From the NCBI GenBank assembly GCA_043228905.1, contig JBHGNT010000219.1:1-50718 (forward strand): 50,718 nt of DNA, in the 5' to 3' direction. Made by a program: the position numbers and the translations under genes. This DNA is from Azolla caroliniana (Eukaryota > Plantae > Polypodiophyta). Positions 29,945 to 39,257 of the stretch are shown here, one piece after another. Within the stretch, counting starts at the first letter, position 1, and every line of letters starts with the position of its first letter. A model generated the notes under the pieces. It saw only the letters and a list, made by a program, of their open reading frames with translations, was not told the origin of the DNA and did no database searches.

Positions 29945-30973
29945 TTAGACGTTTCCGCGAAGCATCGCAGAACCGTAAAAGATAACAAGGCCCCCGTTGT
30001 GTCCACGATGAACTTCAATTTTGCGAGGAACAGTATCAAGACGGTCAATAACCTTCTCGTAACGGCCCGGTGCGTAATTTTCGTTCTGTGCGTTGCGAAC
30101 CATACGGTATTCACCTAAAGTGTCCCCGTTAGTTCTTGCGCCGATTACCGAGATAACATCATCGGCAATCCATTTCGTGAAAGTCCCACTTGGTTCTGCA
30201 AAGTAACCTTCATCGTAAACTTCAAACTGCGGTAAGTTGTGGCCCACAAGCAAAGTGTTAATCTCTGCTTCTGATTTTGTCGGTTTGACCCCGCCACTTG
30301 AAACCGCAAGTTGACCCCCGAGGTCATCCGGGTTACGGTTCATCAAAACGTATGCCATCGTTTTTGAGTTAAGCATAATTTTTGCAGATGAACCGAAGTT
30401 GACACTCTTTCCGATTGTCAACTGTTTAAGGGCCAACAAATCCGCTAACGGCGTGGCGTTGTCAAGGTCTGACCAATCCGAGAATGTCGCCGTGTTAATC
30501 GGAAATGTTTCCGAATAGATAGCACCTGTTGGGCCGAGGATTGTGTATGTTCCTTCCAAAAGGGCCTTCCAGTGTGTCCACTCAACAAGGTCGAGTTCAC
30601 GAACATTCAAATAGTCTTGACGTTCGGTTACAAGGTCACTGACATCAACAGGGTCACCTTCACGGGAATTTCTGGCCCGTGTAGTCATCTGTTTTTCATC
30701 GAGGGTCATATATTCCCCGAATACGCCCGGTTCTGCTGAATAGGTATTTTCACCTACCATTTGAACCTTTGAAGGTTCGCCGTTCAAACCGCGAAGCTGT
30801 TGAAGGCCCCGCCAGTTATCCTTGACTGTCCATTCTAAAGTCCAATCTTGCGATTCAACCATAGGGAACAAAGAAAACGTGGGCCGATTACGTTCGAGAA
30901 CTTGAATTTTCTCGGGGTTGATTTCCCGCAATTCGCGGGATGTTGGGTATTGATAATTTATATCTTGTGCCAT
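29945..30973 (-). CDS. Major capsid protein (lambda gpE-like family)
   Basis: 342 aa; EWTHWKALLEG, WSD..NATPLADL, LPQFEVYDEGY; follows protease and decoration genes; AGGAG SD. Confidence 0.88.
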   Translation of the reverse strand: MAQDINYQYPTSRELREINPEKIQVLERNRPTFSLFPMVESQDWTLEWTVKDNWRGLQQLRGLNGEPSKVQMVGENTYSAEPGVFGEYMTLDEKQMTTRARNSREGDPVDVSDLVTERQDYLNVRELDLVEWTHWKALLEGTYTILGPTGAIYSETFPINTATFSDWSDLDNATPLADLLALKQLTIGKSVNFGSSAKIMLNSKTMAYVLMNRNPDDLGGQLAVSSGGVKPTKSEAEINTLLVGHNLPQFEVYDEGYFAEPSGTFTKWIADDVISVIGARTNGDTLGEYRMVRNAQNENYAPGRYEKVIDRLDTVPRKIEVHRGHNGGLVIFYGSAMLRGNV

Positions 30974-31010
30974 TTTTCTAATAACTCCTTTTAAGATTCC
31001 ACAAAGACGC

Positions 31011-31469
31011 TTACGCGACTGCTAATTTCGGACGAAGTTTGATGATTCCGCTTGTTCGTGTCCCCGAAATAATATCGCCAACGTGTAACGCATTTGCGTC
31101 AGAACCGAGGCCCGTTAATTCGGATGTTTGGAAAAAGCCTTCGTAATACAACGGAATACTTCCATCGTGGGTTGTGCGTCCCGCAACAAAAGTAGAACCG
31201 TGTTGCCAACGTCCCGCATCGTTAATCGTGAAAGGATATTTCACTATACGGGCAGGGCCGGCATATCCCGAAGTTCCGATTTTAGCAAACTCGTTTGAAC
31301 CATCATTTTTTTGACAAACGACTTGACCTTTCGGATATGAAACGGTAGTTGTCGAAGCCGCTAAAATAATCTTTCCGTGAATTTCACGGGCCAATTCCGG
31401 GTGAATGAACGGTTCGAGAAAATCAAACTCTGCGCCAACCGTTCTGACAGGTGTTCCTTGATTAGACAT
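31011..31469 (-). CDS. Head decoration protein (gpD-like position)
   Basis: 152 aa between protease and capsid genes; YPKGQVV and YYEGFF motifs. Confidence 0.7.
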   Translation of the reverse strand: MSNQGTPVRTVGAEFDFLEPFIHPELAREIHGKIILAASTTTVSYPKGQVVCQKNDGSNEFAKIGTSGYAGPARIVKYPFTINDAGRWQHGSTFVAGRTTHDGSIPLYYEGFFQTSELTGLGSDANALHVGDIISGTRTSGIIKLRPKLAVA

Positions 31470-31516
31470 ATAATTTACTCCTAAAAATACTAAAGGGCCA
31501 AATCCCTTAATGGTTA

Positions 31517-32026
31517 TTATTTATTTGCTTTCAGTGCTTCACGGCCCGATTGTGTAAGTGATTGTAAATAACGCTTACGTTCTTCCGTAACAGCAACTTC
31601 GTCAGCATTAAGTTTATCTTTAGGCGCATCTTTCAAGACATTCACACTCGCTTCAATGTCTTTATTTTTAAGGCCCGAGATTTTCTGTTCCGTCAAACTG
31701 TGTTGTGGCATCGCTTCATAACGGGCCGTAACAGCTTCAACGCGAGTCCCTGTTTTAACTTCCCCGTTTGCATCGCAGAAGTTTACAGTTCCTTTGAACT
31801 GTGCATCATCGCACAAAGCAATAAGCATATCAATAGCAACTTGCTCTTGAATAGCCGGAAGACATTTTCCCGCAATCACAATGTTAGTTGCAAAAAGGCC
31901 CGCCGTGTCTGCGAACTTCTCTTCCAACTCTTCACGAGTTGCTTCTATTACTACCGTGTCTTCCAACACGGTTTCCGTTTCCTCTGTCGAGGCCCGAAAC
32001 TTACCGATAATTTCTTTGAAATTCAT
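31517..32026 (-). CDS. Nested in-frame scaffold protein (Nu3-like)
   Basis: Internal AGGAGATAAAATG at MNFKEII, in frame with the protease. Confidence 0.6.
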   Translation of the reverse strand: MNFKEIIGKFRASTEETETVLEDTVVIEATREELEEKFADTAGLFATNIVIAGKCLPAIQEQVAIDMLIALCDDAQFKGTVNFCDANGEVKTGTRVEAVTARYEAMPQHSLTEQKISGLKNKDIEASVNVLKDAPKDKLNADEVAVTEERKRYLQSLTQSGREALKANK

Positions 32027-32995
32027 TTTATCTCCTTCTGACAATTGTTCTAAAATTAAATCCAGGGCCGTGTCCAAGGACATTCCCGTTTTGTTCCGAC
32101 TTGGACGTTTCCACGCCTTATCCGAAATGCTGTCTAATGCTTCGTTAAAAGTATCAACAACACTATCTACCATACCAAACTTTAACGCCTTGCTTGCTAC
32201 ATATACACGGCCCTGCCCGTAGTCAGACTTAACCGCATCAACGGATATACCGCGATATTTAGCAACATCGGCCCGAAAGATTTCCGCAAGGTCGTTTACC
32301 TGTTCCAGTAAAACAGAACGTCCCTCTTCCGTTTCGGGGTTGGGTCGTTTAGCTTCACTTCCTTCTGAAACGATTTCAATTAAGTTACCTTGCTTTTGAA
32401 CCGTCAAAACCACACCGATTGAGCCAGTCATAGAAGACTTGGAATTGACGGTAAGTTTTTGGGCCGCACAACCAACATAATAAGCGGCTGACGCAAAAAG
32501 GCCCGAAGCATAAACTTCAAGCGGTTTCTTTTTCTCTTTCGCCATTTGATGTATCAACGAAGCCGCTTCTCCAATACCGCGAACGTCCCCGCCGGGACTA
32601 TCAATGTGAAGTAAAATTCCTTTTATATCATCATTGTTATATGCTTGGATGGTATCGGCTACAAACTGCTGAATTGATACGGCCCCGCTCATAGTCATAA
32701 AATTGGCTCTAGGAAATATTGGGCCAATCATATCAATAACTGCAATTCCGTCAATCACTCTTACATATCGAGTATTCTCAAGTCTAGTCCCTTGACGATT
32801 CGATAATGAGTCAATTGAATTGATATGCAGAGAATCCGTGTTTGGATTCTCTGCAAGCAACGCTTTAACTTCTTCTTCTGACAACGAGCCACGTTTAAGA
32901 ACGCTTTGATATATTTCTGACAAATCTACTAAAGCGTCTTTGGTGATGGCCCAAGTTGTAGAGAGAAGAGAATCCATCATTCTGTTGTTTGACAT
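31517..32995 (-). CDS. S49 (SppA-like) capsid maturation protease with C-terminal scaffold
   Basis: ILLHIDSPGGDV, ASAAYY, TGSIGV, ALKFGMVD. Confidence 0.92.
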   Translation of the reverse strand: MSNNRMMDSLLSTTWAITKDALVDLSEIYQSVLKRGSLSEEEVKALLAENPNTDSLHINSIDSLSNRQGTRLENTRYVRVIDGIAVIDMIGPIFPRANFMTMSGAVSIQQFVADTIQAYNNDDIKGILLHIDSPGGDVRGIGEAASLIHQMAKEKKKPLEVYASGLFASAAYYVGCAAQKLTVNSKSSMTGSIGVVLTVQKQGNLIEIVSEGSEAKRPNPETEEGRSVLLEQVNDLAEIFRADVAKYRGISVDAVKSDYGQGRVYVASKALKFGMVDSVVDTFNEALDSISDKAWKRPSRNKTGMSLDTALDLILEQLSEGDKMNFKEIIGKFRASTEETETVLEDTVVIEATREELEEKFADTAGLFATNIVIAGKCLPAIQEQVAIDMLIALCDDAQFKGTVNFCDANGEVKTGTRVEAVTARYEAMPQHSLTEQKISGLKNKDIEASVNVLKDAPKDKLNADEVAVTEERKRYLQSLTQSGREALKANK

Positions 32996-34589
32996 CTTTT
33001 TCTTTCTCCGTTCCGTTTCCTTTATTACGGTTTTTGTTTTCGTCCCTTTTATCGGGCCGGTTTTTGTTAGGCATTACGGGTTCTCCGTTTGTCGGGTCAA
33101 TCTGTGCAAGAACTTCTTGACGTGAAGGCCCGGGTTTAGGAAGATTCAACCACGCCATAAGTTCGGCCCTTTGAGTATCATCAATGAATCCTTGAAAGTA
33201 AGCCTTAGAAATAGCTTCTAAATCTTTATTCCAATCACGTCTGACAAAATCCCCAAGGGAAACAAACGGCATATATTTTAAGGCCCAATCTCCGTAATTA
33301 TACCTAATCGCGTTTTCAAACAAATCGGTCGTTGTCATAACCGCTAAATTCCAACGAATCCAAAATGTAAGAATCTCTAACAATTCACTATGAACAGTAG
33401 CGGCACTACGGGCCTGGTGTTCACCTTCACTTTGAGCAAGAGATTGTAAAAGAATCGCTTCTTCCATTTGTTTGTTCAAAGTCCCTAAAACAATCCCAAA
33501 GAAGTTGGCATCACTGGATGCGTTCTGCTTGAATGGGACTAAACTTGCCCCGAAAGGTAACACGGCCCCACTTCCCGAACGAAAAGACTCAATGACCCTT
33601 CTAAACGAATCGGCAGGTGCTTCCATTTCTGGAATCGTCCGGGCCTCGTCTTGATATACTACGTTTCCGTGTGAGTCCCGTTTAACTTCAAAAGGTTTAT
33701 TATCTTCGGGTAATGTCCCTACTGCTTTTCCTACGGTTTCTTCAAGAATAAATCTTAGAAACTCCACAGGAACTTGTTTTTTGATATTCCAGTAATTAAC
33801 AGAACTCCGATAGAAAGAACGACCCCGGGGGTCTTCGTCCCTTTTATCCAAAGTCAACACCATAAACTTATCACGTCTAAGAATGTCCCCGAATTTCAAT
33901 TTACTGTAATTGGTAAGATATGGGACAATTCCTAACAGGTTCATAAATCGGTCAACAACAAAACGAGTTGCGTTGCGCGGTTTGACTTTAAGGGACACTG
34001 GTATCAAGGCCGTTTTCGTCTTGACTATTTCAGAAGACTTTTCTACTTCCTGTTCTTCAATAGCAGACCATCCGAATATACGGGCCAAAAAACCTTTAGG
34101 GGCAATCGTATTATTCTTGGGTTTAGTAATCTTTATTTCAGAAATACGATAGGCCCATTCAATCTCTGCTACGCCGTGTCCATAACGAATACCATTTCGT
34201 AAAATCTGTTCAAGAGTTTCCCTGTAAGGTCTTTCAAGTCCCGAGATGATACTTTCGCAAAACTCCATAACGGAAACATAACGGGAAAATTCCCGAGCAG
34301 GGACTTCATCTTCCGTTGCACCCGGGGCCAATTGAATTTCATCTGATAAGGTTTTTGTTATTAAGATTTTAGTGGATTTTCCGATAGTAGTATCGTTTTC
34401 CATTAACTCGTATGTATCAAGTCCGATGGAGATTTCAGCGTCATCTGTGGTTCGGCCCAAGATTTCGCTATTAGTAACACTGTTATTCCTTGCTACAATA
34501 TAGCTTTCAGTCAGTTCACCCGCTACTTTTTTATCAGTGTAACTTTTTATTCCTGTGTATGCTTTTGGCATTAAGTTCTTATTTGTCAT
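32895..34589 (-). CDS. Portal protein (Mu gp29/DUF935-like)
   Basis: GIRYGHGVAEIEW, DPRGRSFYR, LNKQMEEAILLQSL..ARSAATVH; lies between terminase and protease. Confidence 0.85.
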   Translation of the reverse strand: MTNKNLMPKAYTGIKSYTDKKVAGELTESYIVARNNSVTNSEILGRTTDDAEISIGLDTYELMENDTTIGKSTKILITKTLSDEIQLAPGATEDEVPAREFSRYVSVMEFCESIISGLERPYRETLEQILRNGIRYGHGVAEIEWAYRISEIKITKPKNNTIAPKGFLARIFGWSAIEEQEVEKSSEIVKTKTALIPVSLKVKPRNATRFVVDRFMNLLGIVPYLTNYSKLKFGDILRRDKFMVLTLDKRDEDPRGRSFYRSSVNYWNIKKQVPVEFLRFILEETVGKAVGTLPEDNKPFEVKRDSHGNVVYQDEARTIPEMEAPADSFRRVIESFRSGSGAVLPFGASLVPFKQNASSDANFFGIVLGTLNKQMEEAILLQSLAQSEGEHQARSAATVHSELLEILTFWIRWNLAVMTTTDLFENAIRYNYGDWALKYMPFVSLGDFVRRDWNKDLEAISKAYFQGFIDDTQRAELMAWLNLPKPGPSRQEVLAQIDPTNGEPVMPNKNRPDKRDENKNRNKGNGTEKEKDVKQQNDGFSSLYNLGHHQRRFSRFVRNISKRS

Positions 34590-34598
34590 ATATTTAAT

Positions 34599-34636
34599 AA
34601 AAAAATGCGGCCCAAGAATCTCTTCTCAAGCCGCAT
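34599..34636 (-). terminator. Intrinsic terminator 10 nt upstream of the portal start
   Basis: Minus strand ATGCGGCTTGAGA-AGAGAT-TCTTGGGCCGCAT-TTTTTT. Confidence 0.7.
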
Positions 34637-34710
34637 CGTTGCTTGCTTTTCGCGTCCCGCGATTGCCTTTAACTATCAGAGTGAACAAATAACCGTTTTG
34701 GTCAGTATTA

Positions 34711-34739
34711 AAAATAGCAGTTTCAGCCGGACTTGTCAA
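34711..34739 (-). promoter_or_regulatory. Sigma-70 promoter for the portal leader
   Basis: TTGACA-N17-TATTTT with an extended -10 TG. Confidence 0.6.
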
Positions 34740-34741
34740 GG

Positions 34742-34951
34742 TTATCCGTCCCCTGCTCTCCAATTCGTGCCTTTACCGCATTTTCTACACACTAAACGCA
34801 CTTTATCCGTCCTTGACGTTTTAGATATGTATATCGTTTTTCTATCGTAATAGGCAAGAACAGAGTTACATTCACTACCTTTATACGTCCCTTTGCAGAT
34901 AACAGGTTTTAGGTTGTTGTCTTTGGCCCATTGATGGTTGAAATCATCCAT
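34742..34951 (-). CDS. Small zinc-finger protein, Mu Com-like
   Basis: C..ECNSVLA....RLVCRKCGKGTNW; AGGAG SD. Confidence 0.55.
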   Translation of the reverse strand: MDDFNHQWAKDNNLKPVICKGTYKGSECNSVLAYYDRKTIYISKTSRTDKVRLVCRKCGKGTNWRAGDG

Positions 34952-34969
34952 TGTAACTCCTTTTGAATC

Positions 34970-35002
34970 AAAAAATACCCGTCCTTTTACAGACGGGTAT
35001 TT
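34970..35002 (-). terminator. Terminator after the histone-like gene
   Basis: AAATACCCGTC-N8-GACGGGTATTT with a U tract on the minus strand. Confidence 0.8.
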
Positions 35003-35026
35003 ATAAAGGTTAAAGTGTGGGTTGGG

Positions 35027-35521
35027 TTATTTTTTGACTTTAACCGCTTTTCCTTTCGGGGCCACTTTCGGTGCAACCTTAGTAGCTACTTTTGGGGCCA
35101 CTTTTTTCGCTACGACTTTAGCAGTTGTTTTCGGTGCAACCTTAGTAGCGACTTTCTTTTGGGCCACTTTAGCTTTCGGTGTTTCGATAGCAACGGTTGT
35201 TTTTGTCTTCGCTTTAGCTTTCGGGGCCACTTTCGGTGCAACCTTAGTAGCTACTTTAGCTTTCGGAGAAGTTGTTTTCGGTGCGGTCGTTTTTGGGGCC
35301 GCGTTTCTAGCTGACCTTGCTCTGTCGGCATCACGTCCCTTTAAGATTCGACCACCGATAATAACCGCTTTACGTCCCGTAACTTCAACTTGAAGTTCAA
35401 GCATATCGCCTTTGACCCCGCCCAAAAGTTCAATCATCTTAGATGATACTTTACCTCTTGTCATTCCGCTTGGGCCTTCCGAGTTGATTGATGTTGCAAA
35501 TGTTTCGATTCTATTAGCCAT
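35027..35521 (-). CDS. Histone H1-like basic protein with putative AbrB-like N-terminal domain
   Basis: C-terminal (K)VAPK/VATK repeats; N-terminal KVSSKMIELLGGVKGDMLELQVE; has its own promoter and terminator. Confidence 0.75.
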   Translation of the reverse strand: MANRIETFATSINSEGPSGMTRGKVSSKMIELLGGVKGDMLELQVEVTGRKAVIIGGRILKGRDADRARSARNAAPKTTAPKTTSPKAKVATKVAPKVAPKAKAKTKTTVAIETPKAKVAQKKVATKVAPKTTAKVVAKKVAPKVATKVAPKVAPKGKAVKVKK

Positions 35522-35580
35522 AATATTATTTTCTACCTTCCTATTGTTTTTATTTTGTCGGAAATTTCCGAACTCCAACT

Positions 35581-35609
35581 ATCTTAATTTAGTTGATTTT
35601 AATTGTCAA
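35581..35609 (-). promoter_or_regulatory. Sigma-70 promoter of the histone-like gene
   Basis: TTGACA-N17-TAAGAT. Confidence 0.75.
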
Positions 35610-35620
35610 GTTCACGGGAC

Positions 35621-35657
35621 AAAAAAACGGGACATTCGATTTAACAAATGTCCCGTT
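35621..35657 (-). terminator. Terminator ending the lysis/terminase operon
   Basis: AACGGGACATT-N10-AATGTCCCGTT followed by a U tract on the minus strand. Confidence 0.8.
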
Positions 35658-35683
35658 AGATTTAACTTAATTGTTTACAAGGT

Positions 35684-36133
35684 TTAGAGTGTCGGTTCGT
35701 CCTCGTCCTCGTCTTCGTCTTCCTCGTCTTCCTCGTCTTCCTCGTCTTCTTCGTCTTCTTCGTCTTCTTCGTCTTGCGGGTCAACTGGTTCAACTGGAAC
35801 TAACCCGGCAAGCTGTGTGCTTATTCCTTGCAGTCCTTCTTTGACCGAATTAAGGGCCGCAATTTCCTGTGACAAATCTTCCGGCGTTTCGATTGAAGAC
35901 AATCTTTCTTCGATGCGTTCAATCGAAGATGCCATATCCGAGGTCGTAGTCCCTAATGTAGCTACTACGTCCATAATTGCTTGTTCATTCTCTGTCATTA
36001 TATTTATCCTCTCGTTAAAGTATCTTAGGGTCAATTTAATGTCTTTAATAGACTGGCTGACCTTTCCAGTCAAGACTTCCATTAGAAAACGTGCAATATT
36101 TATTATGTTCATCTCATATTTATTGTCCTTCAC
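35684..36133 (-). CDS. Coiled-coil protein with poly-(DEE) acidic tail (alternative start 35998)
   Basis: Heptad region, then 9-bp tandem repeats encoding DEEDEE...; GAGGA SD before the ATG at 35998. Confidence 0.7.
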   Translation of the reverse strand: MKDNKYEMNIINIARFLMEVLTGKVSQSIKDIKLTLRYFNERINIMTENEQAIMDVVATLGTTTSDMASSIERIEERLSSIETPEDLSQEIAALNSVKEGLQGISTQLAGLVPVEPVDPQDEEDEEDEEDEEDEEDEEDEDEDEDEPTL

Positions 36134-36350
36134 TTTCTTTGAATGATTCTCCGATAATTAAAGTAGAATCGTCTATACTATCCCACATTTGCCCCGTTAT
36201 TTCAACTCTCTCTTCTTTCTGATGACAAAACGATGTAAATATTACAGTTCCGTCATCTTCAATAACACAAACAAAATCTTCCACAGGCATACTGCATACA
36301 AAACAACGGGGCCAGTCTTGAGGGTCAATTGTTTGTATTCTTAGCGACAT
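36120..36350 (-). CDS. Small Cys/His protein
   Basis: CFVC...FCH, 76 aa. Confidence 0.6.
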   Translation of the reverse strand: MSLRIQTIDPQDWPRCFVCSMPVEDFVCVIEDDGTVIFTSFCHQKEERVEITGQMWDSIDDSTLIIGESFKESEGQ

Positions 36351-37834
36351 ACTACAAAGTTACTTAAAGCAGATTGACCTACTACGGCAATCGGATTTTG
36401 AAGTCCTATGTCGAGGCCCATTAGTTCGGTAAACGCCCAAACAAGAGAGTCAACCATATCGGCCCCTTCATTGTCGTCAGCATCAATAAAAGCACACATT
36501 TGGTCTTCTGCTTCCGCAAACATTCCGCAATGGTAAACTTTTCGTTGTTCATAAACAGTTGATATAGGCTCGGCCCGAATATGTTTTCCTTTTGATGCCG
36601 TAACTAATTTAATAGGTAAGTGCCGGCCCACTAATTGACGTAAACTCTTTCTGTCGAACTTATCAATACTGCGAATGTTAGATTCAACCATATCCCCGCC
36701 GTAGTTTCTTTCGGCAATAATTCTATCACAACGATACATATAGAACATTCGTATCGCTTCTATGGCCCATTCAGAAGGCGACCATTGGCCCGACTTGGAA
36801 GACAAGACGTAATATAAACCGTCTTCACCTAGTCCCACAACTGATATTCCAGTGTCAGCGTTCTTCTGCTGATTCTGTCTTTGCTCTTCTGTCAGTGCGT
36901 TCTTATCCGCAACTTTACGGGCCTGTGACCCGGCCGGGTCAACTGCAACGTAAGTTCTTACAAAGCGGGGCCACTCTTTAGCGTCGAGTTTGTATTGAAA
37001 CCACGCTCTTTTCCACATTGCACCTTCAATGTCGTCAACGAACTCTCCGAGAAGTTCTTGACGGCCCAAACGTGAATTAGAATACTTTCGACTTAACCAG
37101 TCCACACGTCTTTGAGGTAAGTAAGTATTATCGAAAGTAGTTGGAAGTCTTCTTTTACCGCTCTCACTCAAATATTGAGGGACATAAGAAGTCTTTTCCA
37201 TAGCCAACTTCTTGACCCACTTCTTATTCTTAGGTGTAGTAGTGCAAACCGCATAAGGACGTTCTCCAAGACGAAGGCCCATATTCGCATCATCCCACGA
37301 TGCTTGATTACATAAAGCAAGTTCGTCAAACCAAAGCATTGACCACTGTGGGCCGTTCCATCTCTTTGATTCTTCTGTCCCTGCAAATTTAACAAACCCA
37401 CCGTCAACGTGGCGGGCCTCTCCGAGTGAGCGGTTATAATATTTGAACTCACTAGGGAACATAGTAATCAAACCAGTTTCACCTTCTGCACAAACGTCCC
37501 TTGCGTCAGCATTAGTAGGCGCACCGATTCCGACCCTAGCGTGTTTACCGAATATTCTTAAATGTTGACGGGCCGCAAAAGCACCAGTTACGGTTTTTCC
37601 TGTCCCGCGTCCGCCAATGAGAATCATCACTTCCCACCAGTCTTGTTCTAAAGGGACAACTTGGTGAGGCATTAAGGCCCGAGGCGGAGAGTGTTTTAAT
37701 AACAAGTCCAGTTCTCTGCGTTCATCTTCATCTAAGAACTTATACAATTCTTGAAGTTCGCTTGAGTCCATTCCTGCAAGGGCCGGGGGATTAGGTGTTT
37801 CTTTGATTAGGTCTTGATAAGTTGCGCTTGACAT
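36341..37834 (-). CDS. terL: Terminase large subunit
   Basis: PHQ, Walker A GGRGTGKT, Walker B WFDE, TTTP, QELLGEF, VAVDPA, ERNYGG, DMVDSLVWA. Confidence 0.96.
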   Translation of the reverse strand: MSSATYQDLIKETPNPPALAGMDSSELQELYKFLDEDERRELDLLLKHSPPRALMPHQVVPLEQDWWEVMILIGGRGTGKTVTGAFAARQHLRIFGKHARVGIGAPTNADARDVCAEGETGLITMFPSEFKYYNRSLGEARHVDGGFVKFAGTEESKRWNGPQWSMLWFDELALCNQASWDDANMGLRLGERPYAVCTTTPKNKKWVKKLAMEKTSYVPQYLSESGKRRLPTTFDNTYLPQRRVDWLSRKYSNSRLGRQELLGEFVDDIEGAMWKRAWFQYKLDAKEWPRFVRTYVAVDPAGSQARKVADKNALTEEQRQNQQKNADTGISVVGLGEDGLYYVLSSKSGQWSPSEWAIEAIRMFYMYRCDRIIAERNYGGDMVESNIRSIDKFDRKSLRQLVGRHLPIKLVTASKGKHIRAEPISTVYEQRKVYHCGMFAEAEDQMCAFIDADDNEGADMVDSLVWAFTELMGLDIGLQNPIAVVGQSALSNFVVCR

Positions 37835-37951
37835 ACATCATCACACTCCTTCCATAATAAATGTCCCTTAAACAATTTCAAAGGTATTCGTCTTTTCGGT
37901 AATAGTTCGTGTCCCTCTATTACTTTAGCAACGATTTCAACCCCTGCAACA

Positions 37952-38860
37952 TTATAGGTCGTCGGGGCCTGTGATAACGGTTTCAATTTCTTCTGTTGTT
38001 TGTTGTTCATTGTTTTCTTCTTCAAATCCACCTAACGGGGCCGCTTCTGCCATCAACGACATAGCTTTTTCCCTGTTGTTTCGGGCCGTAGCAATCACAG
38101 CATCAATTCGCTTGGTTCTTTCTTCATCAGAAAGTTTTGCTGTTTCCGCATCCGGGTCTTCTCGTAAGTCTTTGTGGGACAGTTGCCATAGTTCGGCTCT
38201 GTCACGGTTTAGAGAACGCATTAAGTTCAAGAATTTAACATCTCCCGAAGCATTTTCTTCAAACCGCTCATAGGTCTTTGTTTTCTCTGCGGTCGTAACA
38301 AGAATATCTTCAATAAGGCCCGTATTAAACAGGTCAACTTCCCGTTCTTCTTCTTGGGCCGAATCAATCTCTTCTCTTATAGCTTGTCTTAGGGCCGCTA
38401 CTGATTTTTCCGATTTCTTTAACTTTTCGATTTGTTTTTCAACGAACGTGGTTTTCTTGCCACGCATAGAATTGTAATAACCACGAAGGGCCAGTCTTTC
38501 CAACTGGTCAATACGGGTAAGAACTAAGGCCCGTTTTTCATCAACGGACTTTGCACCCATTTTACGCCAGTAGCCGACTGCTTGGCTTACAATGCTTCTT
38601 ACAGAACCGCCAGTAATAGCCAAGTCATACTGTTCGTTGACGGTTTCAGCTACTTCATCGGCAGTAACGCCGGATTCGTGAAGGGCCACAATCTCTGCCT
38701 TTAATCTAGCGTTAGCAGATGAAGGCAACATATCGAGTTTACGGCCCAATTCAAAACCGACTCTTTCGGAATATCCGTTTTGCTGTCGGTCAACTATTTC
38801 GGGGTCAAGTAGTTTATGTTCTGCTGTGTCCCCTACCTTTTTGATTTTAACGAACGTCAT
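37952..38860 (-). CDS. Probable terminase small subunit
   Basis: HTH (IVALHESGVTADEVAE..ITGGSVRSIV) plus helical body; directly upstream of terL; GGAG SD before the ATG at 38860. Confidence 0.65.
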   Translation of the reverse strand: MTFVKIKKVGDTAEHKLLDPEIVDRQQNGYSERVGFELGRKLDMLPSSANARLKAEIVALHESGVTADEVAETVNEQYDLAITGGSVRSIVSQAVGYWRKMGAKSVDEKRALVLTRIDQLERLALRGYYNSMRGKKTTFVEKQIEKLKKSEKSVAALRQAIREEIDSAQEEEREVDLFNTGLIEDILVTTAEKTKTYERFEENASGDVKFLNLMRSLNRDRAELWQLSHKDLREDPDAETAKLSDEERTKRIDAVIATARNNREKAMSLMAEAAPLGGFEEENNEQQTTEEIETVITGPDDL

Positions 38861-39257
38861 TGTAATTATAATTCTCCGGGATTGGTGTAGATTTAGGGAC
38901 AATAATTAAAGTCCCGTCAACTTCGTTTATGTAAAAATCGCTATCGTGTCCGAGTGGCATAGTTTTAAGCCTCGGTAGGCCCTGTTTCTCTCTAAGTTCT
39001 TGGACTTGAAACCAAAGATTAACCAATGCTTCAATGGTTTTCTTGTCACTTTGAGTTTGATTTCTACGGGCCGCATCCGTTTGTGTGACTTTTTCAGCGA
39101 TATACTTTTGAAATTGTGCAAACTGATACATCAGTATAATAAGGGCAATAGTCCCCGCAAGGACTAAAAACCCTACAACTCTTATCCAACGAACAGAAAC
39201 TACATAAGAACGTCCCTGCTCTACTTTGTCAACTCCATAAGGAATTTCAATATTCAT
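38847..39257 (-). CDS. Single-pass membrane protein with coiled coil (possible lysis accessory)
   Basis: TM segment VVGFLVLAGTIALIILMY; ATGA-coupled to the receiver gene. Confidence 0.6.
   Translation of the reverse strand: MNIEIPYGVDKVEQGRSYVVSVRWIRVVGFLVLAGTIALIILMYQFAQFQKYIAEKVTQTDAARRNQTQSDKKTIEALVNLWFQVQELREKQGLPRLKTMPLGHDSDFYINEVDGTLIIVPKSTPIPENYNYNDVR

Noticed and set aside
34640-34675. c-di-GMP-I riboswitch-like words (AAAGGCAA..GGGACGC) in the portal leader
   Set aside because: The GNRA-capped stem between these words is missing, and GGGAC is ubiquitous in this genome.
35015-35393. Plus-strand ORFs opposite the histone-like gene, and similar antisense ORFs elsewhere
   Set aside because: Shadow frames of repetitive or codon-biased genes on the other strand.
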